Origin: an uncultured bacterium
GTDB lineage: Bacteria > Chlamydiota > Chlamydiia > Chlamydiales > JAAZZY01
Length of the DNA stretch: 28,423 bases
Assembly (NCBI GenBank): GCA_964350295.1
Contig: CAYGJM010000011.1
Coordinates: forward strand, 1 to 28,423
Reading direction: 5' to 3'
The translations under genes and the position numbers were made by a program. Positions 26,672-28,423 of the stretch are shown one piece after another. The notes below the pieces were generated by a model that was given only the letters and a program-made list of their open reading frames with translations, had not been told where the DNA came from and did not search any database. How positions within the stretch are numbered: the stretch's first letter is position 1; the number at the start of each line of letters is the position of its first letter.

Positions 26672-26695
26672 TTTCCGTGTAGCGGGAAACTTTTT
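26672..26695 (+). terminator. Possible intrinsic terminator between convergent genes
   Basis: A ~7-bp stem with G-U pairs (TTTCCGT-GTA-GCGGGAA) followed by CTTTTT, directly after the TAG at 26669. Confidence 0.4.
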
Positions 26696-27195
26696 CAAAA
26701 ACTCCAATCCAAGACGTCGAAGATAAGAACGGGTTGTTCGAAGGTTCCCGCTTGCAAGGGAAAATCATGAAGGGGTTTGCAGGAAAAAGTCACTCGATGC
26801 AGAGAGGGATTATATTCCGGATGAAAGACTTGAACGATATCGGCAAGAGCTCCGTTTTCGGAAGAGGGAGTGAATCGGATCGAGCTGATGACGACACAGG
26901 GAAGATTCGTTTGGGCTTTCAGGGAATGCTGCCAGGTACGTATGAATTCGCCTAAAGGAATCTTTCCGATTTTCCTTTCCGGTTGGTCGCCGAAATAAAC
27001 GAGTTCACTCTCTTCTTCGGTAATTTCCAGAGAATAATGACCGAAGTTTACCGGATCTTTTTTCAAAACGCCTTCCTTCGCCCGTAAAATATACATGGTT
27101 TCGTGTAAGGGTTCGTCTTCTTCGGCATGAATAGCCGGAACCGTGATCAGAAACGCCATAAAAAGAAAAAGCGGCATTTTTTTATATAAAAACAT
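26695..27195 (-). CDS. Hypothetical exported protein, 166 aa
   Basis: Signal-peptide-like start (KK, hydrophobic core, AIHA/EE), then a beta-strand-rich domain with LVYFGDQPERKIG. RBS AGGGAG upstream. Confidence 0.75.
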   Translation of the reverse strand: MFLYKKMPLFLFMAFLITVPAIHAEEDEPLHETMYILRAKEGVLKKDPVNFGHYSLEITEEESELVYFGDQPERKIGKIPLGEFIRTWQHSLKAQTNLPCVVISSIRFTPSSENGALADIVQVFHPEYNPSLHRVTFSCKPLHDFPLQAGTFEQPVLIFDVLDWSF

Positions 27196-27225
27196 ATGGA
27201 GAGCTCCCTATTTGCTTGAGGAGGG

Positions 27226-27254
27226 GAGATACCGTTTTTGCAATTGATTGTCAA
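27226..27254 (-). promoter_or_regulatory. Candidate internal promoter for the exported-protein gene
   Basis: Minus strand perfect TTGACA (27254-27249) immediately after the peptidase stop, 17-nt spacer, weak -10 TATCTC (27231-27226). Confidence 0.3.
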
Positions 27255-28421
27255 TTATCTGAGTAAAGAGAGCAGACGAGTGATGACTAAATAGCCTTGT
27301 TTGAAGCGAGAAAGGGCGAAATGTTCATTAGGTGCATGAATTTGATCGGTGGCCAGTGTCGTTCCGATAAAAAGAATATCGGCTTCCGAAGCCTTTTTCA
27401 GATCGGCTGCTATGGGGATGCTTCCGCCGCCGAGAGTCTGCAGGCAAGGTTTTTCAAAAACTTCGGCATAAGCTTGCAAAGCGGCTTGTACCAAAGGAGA
27501 TTCCGAAGGGACTCGAATGGCTCGGGAAGCATTCGGATCTTTGTGAAAGAGACAGTCAATCCCCTCGGGAAGACGACTTCGAATGAAATCTTCCAAGCGG
27601 TTCATTAAGAATTCCGGATTTTGATCGGGGACGAGCCTCATGGAAATTTTAGCCATTGCTTTTGCGGGAATAACCGTCTTAAAACCTTCTCCGGTGTATC
27701 CTCCGCACAGGCCGTTGATTTCCAATGTCGGTCTTAAAGTAGCCGATTCACCGGGAGAATATTCCTTTTCTCCTCCGTTGGGACGCGCTCGATACTTTTG
27801 ATAGTAGTCTTCTTCATTAAAATACGGAACGAGTTTTTTTCGCTCCTTTTCGTCCGGACATCGTACGTCATCATAGAATCCGGGAACGGTAACTCGCCCG
27901 TTCGGATCCCGTAATCCGGCCAATACTTCAACGAGGGCATGCAGGGGATTGTAAACGATTCCGCCGTGAATTCCCGAGTGAAGATCGGTTTTTGATCCGA
28001 TCAGTTCAAGAGTCAAGTGGCAGATTCCTCGGGTCCCTAAGGTTACGGCCGGTTGATTTTCTCCGAGCATATCGACGTCAACGATGATAAAATAATCGGC
28101 TTTCAGTTCTTTTTTTTTAGAAGGCAGTATTTTCTGCAGGGAAGGACTTCCTATCTCTTCCTCTCCTTCGATCAAATATTTGATGTTGATCGGATAGCGA
28201 CCTTCTTTTTGCAGAAACATTTTCAGAGCGGTGAGAACGTAAAAACACTGTCCCTTATTGTCGGCAGCTCCTCGAGCATAAACGTTCCCGTTTCGAATTT
28301 CGGGTTGAAAGGGAGGGGAATCCCACAGATGGAGGGGATCGACGGGTTGGACGTCGTAATGAGAATAGATCAGCAGGGTCGGAGCTGTCGGGCCCGCTTC
28401 CGCATATTGCCCGAAAAGGAT
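27255..28421 (-). CDS. M20/M25/M40 family metallopeptidase (dipeptidase-like); 5'-truncated by the window edge
   Basis: The frame is open to the window end: LLIYSHYDVQP, YARGAADNKGQ, EGEEEIGS, DLHSG-x-HGG, GFKTVIP, GGSIP, IHAPNEHF. Confidence 0.93.
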   Translation of the reverse strand: MLFGQYAEAGPTAPTLLIYSHYDVQPVDPLHLWDSPPFQPEIRNGNVYARGAADNKGQCFYVLTALKMFLQKEGRYPINIKYLIEGEEEIGSPSLQKILPSKKKELKADYFIIVDVDMLGENQPAVTLGTRGICHLTLELIGSKTDLHSGIHGGIVYNPLHALVEVLAGLRDPNGRVTVPGFYDDVRCPDEKERKKLVPYFNEEDYYQKYRARPNGGEKEYSPGESATLRPTLEINGLCGGYTGEGFKTVIPAKAMAKISMRLVPDQNPEFLMNRLEDFIRSRLPEGIDCLFHKDPNASRAIRVPSESPLVQAALQAYAEVFEKPCLQTLGGGSIPIAADLKKASEADILFIGTTLATDQIHAPNEHFALSRFKQGYLVITRLLSLLR

Positions 28422-28423
28422 GG

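Noticed and set aside
1-28423. CRISPR arrays, tRNA/rRNA genes, IS elements, prophage or defence-system genes, programmed frameshifts
   Set aside because: None was seen. Intergenic gaps are short and non-repetitive, and all recognised genes are uninterrupted.

Overview
A gene-dense, mostly housekeeping bacterial region, very probably from an environmental member of the Chlamydiota. The assignment rests on a fused alpha+beta glycyl-tRNA synthetase and an mdh / FAD-oxidoreductase / phnP-like / hflX neighbourhood that recalls the C. trachomatis CT375-CT380 block (recalled, not searched). A citrate synthase is present, which Chlamydiaceae lack. I support 24 CDS, two truncated by the window edges. 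They include glyQS, mdh, gltA, hflX, miaB, pnp, rpsO, maeA, an SDR-type threonine dehydrogenase, two SAM-dependent RNA methyltransferases and an M20 peptidase. I found no tRNA, rRNA, CRISPR array or mobile element, and no clear new multi-gene system. The best leads are: (1) an HRN/DFK pseudokinase with an effector-like N-terminus; (2) a translationally coupled mdh-gltA-unknown membrane protein operon; (3) a PNPase missing a 6-residue loop next to its active-site RR motif; (4) a signal-peptide-bearing, shortened Fe/Mn-SOD-fold protein; (5) a 5-kb block of an ORFan, a membrane-anchored coiled-coil protein and a degenerate ankyrin-repeat protein; (6) over-representation of the palindrome TCCGGA. 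All family calls come from motif recognition by eye; no database searches were run.
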